Positions 62,801 through 64,000 of a stretch of 64,000 nt of DNA are shown here, one piece after another. The notes beneath the pieces are model-generated. The model saw only the letters and a list, made by a program, of their open reading frames with translations. It was not told the origin of the DNA and ran no database searches. Within the stretch, counting starts at the first letter, position 1; the number at the start of each line of letters is the position of its first letter. Both the position numbers and the translations under genes were made by a program. Source of the stretch: Vitrella brassicaformis CCMP3155 (Eukaryota > Protista > Chromerida); the NCBI GenBank assembly GCA_001179505.1, contig CDMY01000282.1, positions 1 to 64,000 of the forward strand, in the 5' to 3' direction.

Positions 62801-64000
62801 AAGGGTCGTCCGTGCTGAAGCTCATGCGCAGGGCGTGCCTGCAGGACTCACACAGACACAGACACATACGCACACACACATGGATGGGTATGTGTCTGTG
62901 GGTCGCACTGTCGGTCAGTCGGTCTGTCTGCGTGTCTGTCTGTGTTTGGCCCACCCCACTGCCGAGTCGCGCACCTACCTGACTTCATCGAAAGACTCTT
63001 CCCCGAAGGCGGCTCGGCCGAGGTGAATCTTCTTGAAGACCATCTCGTTCTGTGTGAGTGTGCCGGTCTTGTCGGAGAGGACGTAGTCCATCCTGCCCAG
63101 CTCCTCTGGGATGGTGGAAGTGCGCACCACAGTGTCGGGGATCTTGGGGTCGCGCATGATCTGCACCGAGTAGACTGTCTTGGCCATGTCGAGGTTGACC
63201 CGCATCGAGATCGGGATGATCGACGAGAGCATCAACAGAAACCTGCGCGGTGGGCACACAGACAGACAGACAGACACACGTCTCTCTGCGTCTGTCTGTG
63301 TCTGAGTGCGGGTGTGTGTTGTGTGTTGTGCGTTGTGTACCTGAAGAAGTAGATTGGCCAGATGCCTTCGAAGCCCTTGCAGACGGTGAGGAGGAAGCTC
63401 AGGGAGATGAGGAGCACAAACAGGAGCTTGGACAGCAGATTCACTTCAAGCTCAAACAAACCAGTCTGCACCACGTGGTGCACGCACGCATCAAAAAGAC
63501 ACACATGGCGCTTGCGCGTTTCCGCCTTCCTGCTCGGTGCTCGCATCCCACCTTGGTCACTGAGCTGCTCGCGTTCATCACAGCTCTGGTCTCCTGCACA
63601 CATTGACCCACATCCACATCAACACGCACCCTCTCCCTCCCTCCCTCCCTCCCTCGCTCCGTCTGTCCGTCCGTCCGACCTTGCCAGTGTATATGCACAG
63701 CCCGAGGCACGTGCCTGACGCCACGACAGCGTTGCTCCAGAGGGTGTTATCGAGGGTGAGGCCCTCCACGTGTGTGTCGGTGCTGGCCATCGAGTGGACG
63801 GCCGTCTGCGCCTCGACGTCCCCGTCCACTGCGTCGGGTGACTCCAGGTTGGGCTCCGAATACATCTGGTGGATCAATCAAGGCAGGAGAAGGAAGCAAC
63901 GACATGTGGCGTTTTGGGAGCGTGGCTGAGGGATGAGGCGGGCGGGTGGCGGGGCCTACCGAGCCGTCCTCGGCTTCATGGCTGATGCGTCGCGGCTGGT
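59839..64000 (-). CDS. ATP9: P4-type ATPase (phospholipid flippase), ATP9/Neo1 class; 5' part lies beyond the window
   Basis: [24 protein letters not shown] (phosphorylation site), [86 protein letters not shown]; ends [10 protein letters not shown]. Confidence 0.96.

Overview
Eukaryotic, GC-rich, intron-dense genomic DNA. Introns are short GT-AG and full of (CA)n/(TG)n/(CAGA)n microsatellites, and there are three 300-N scaffold gaps. ApiAP2-type domains, signal-peptide-bearing plastid proteins and an axonemal dynein light chain together suggest a photosynthetic, flagellated apicomplexan relative, most likely the chromerid Vitrella brassicaformis (inference, not verified). I reconstructed about 20 spliced genes by eye from the ORF track and splice signals, so coordinates are whole-gene spans and some ends are approximate. 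Recognisable genes: group XII-like sPLA2, kinesin-like protein, RING/TRAF-Zn/kelch protein, GT8, ApiAP2, AbfB/CBM42 plus GT77-like transferase, M3 peptidase, solanesyl-diphosphate synthase, TrpRS, Bax-inhibitor/TMBIM, ZIP transporter, MDR polyol dehydrogenase, ankyrin locus, SAP18, DUF2358, p28/DNALI1 and an ATP9/Neo1 flippase. Most notable: (1) an arabinose-binding beta-trefoil fused to a GT77-like glycosyltransferase; (2) a small secreted precursor built from duplicated exons, giving repeated CPSRLGC peptides flanked by RRL motifs; (3) a kinesin with substitutions in all three nucleotide-sensing motifs; (4) a TrpRS-EMAPII fusion; (5) a bacterial EltD-like dehydrogenase; (6) fold-back microsatellite architecture of introns. 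No rRNA, tRNA, CRISPR array or transposon ORF was recognised.
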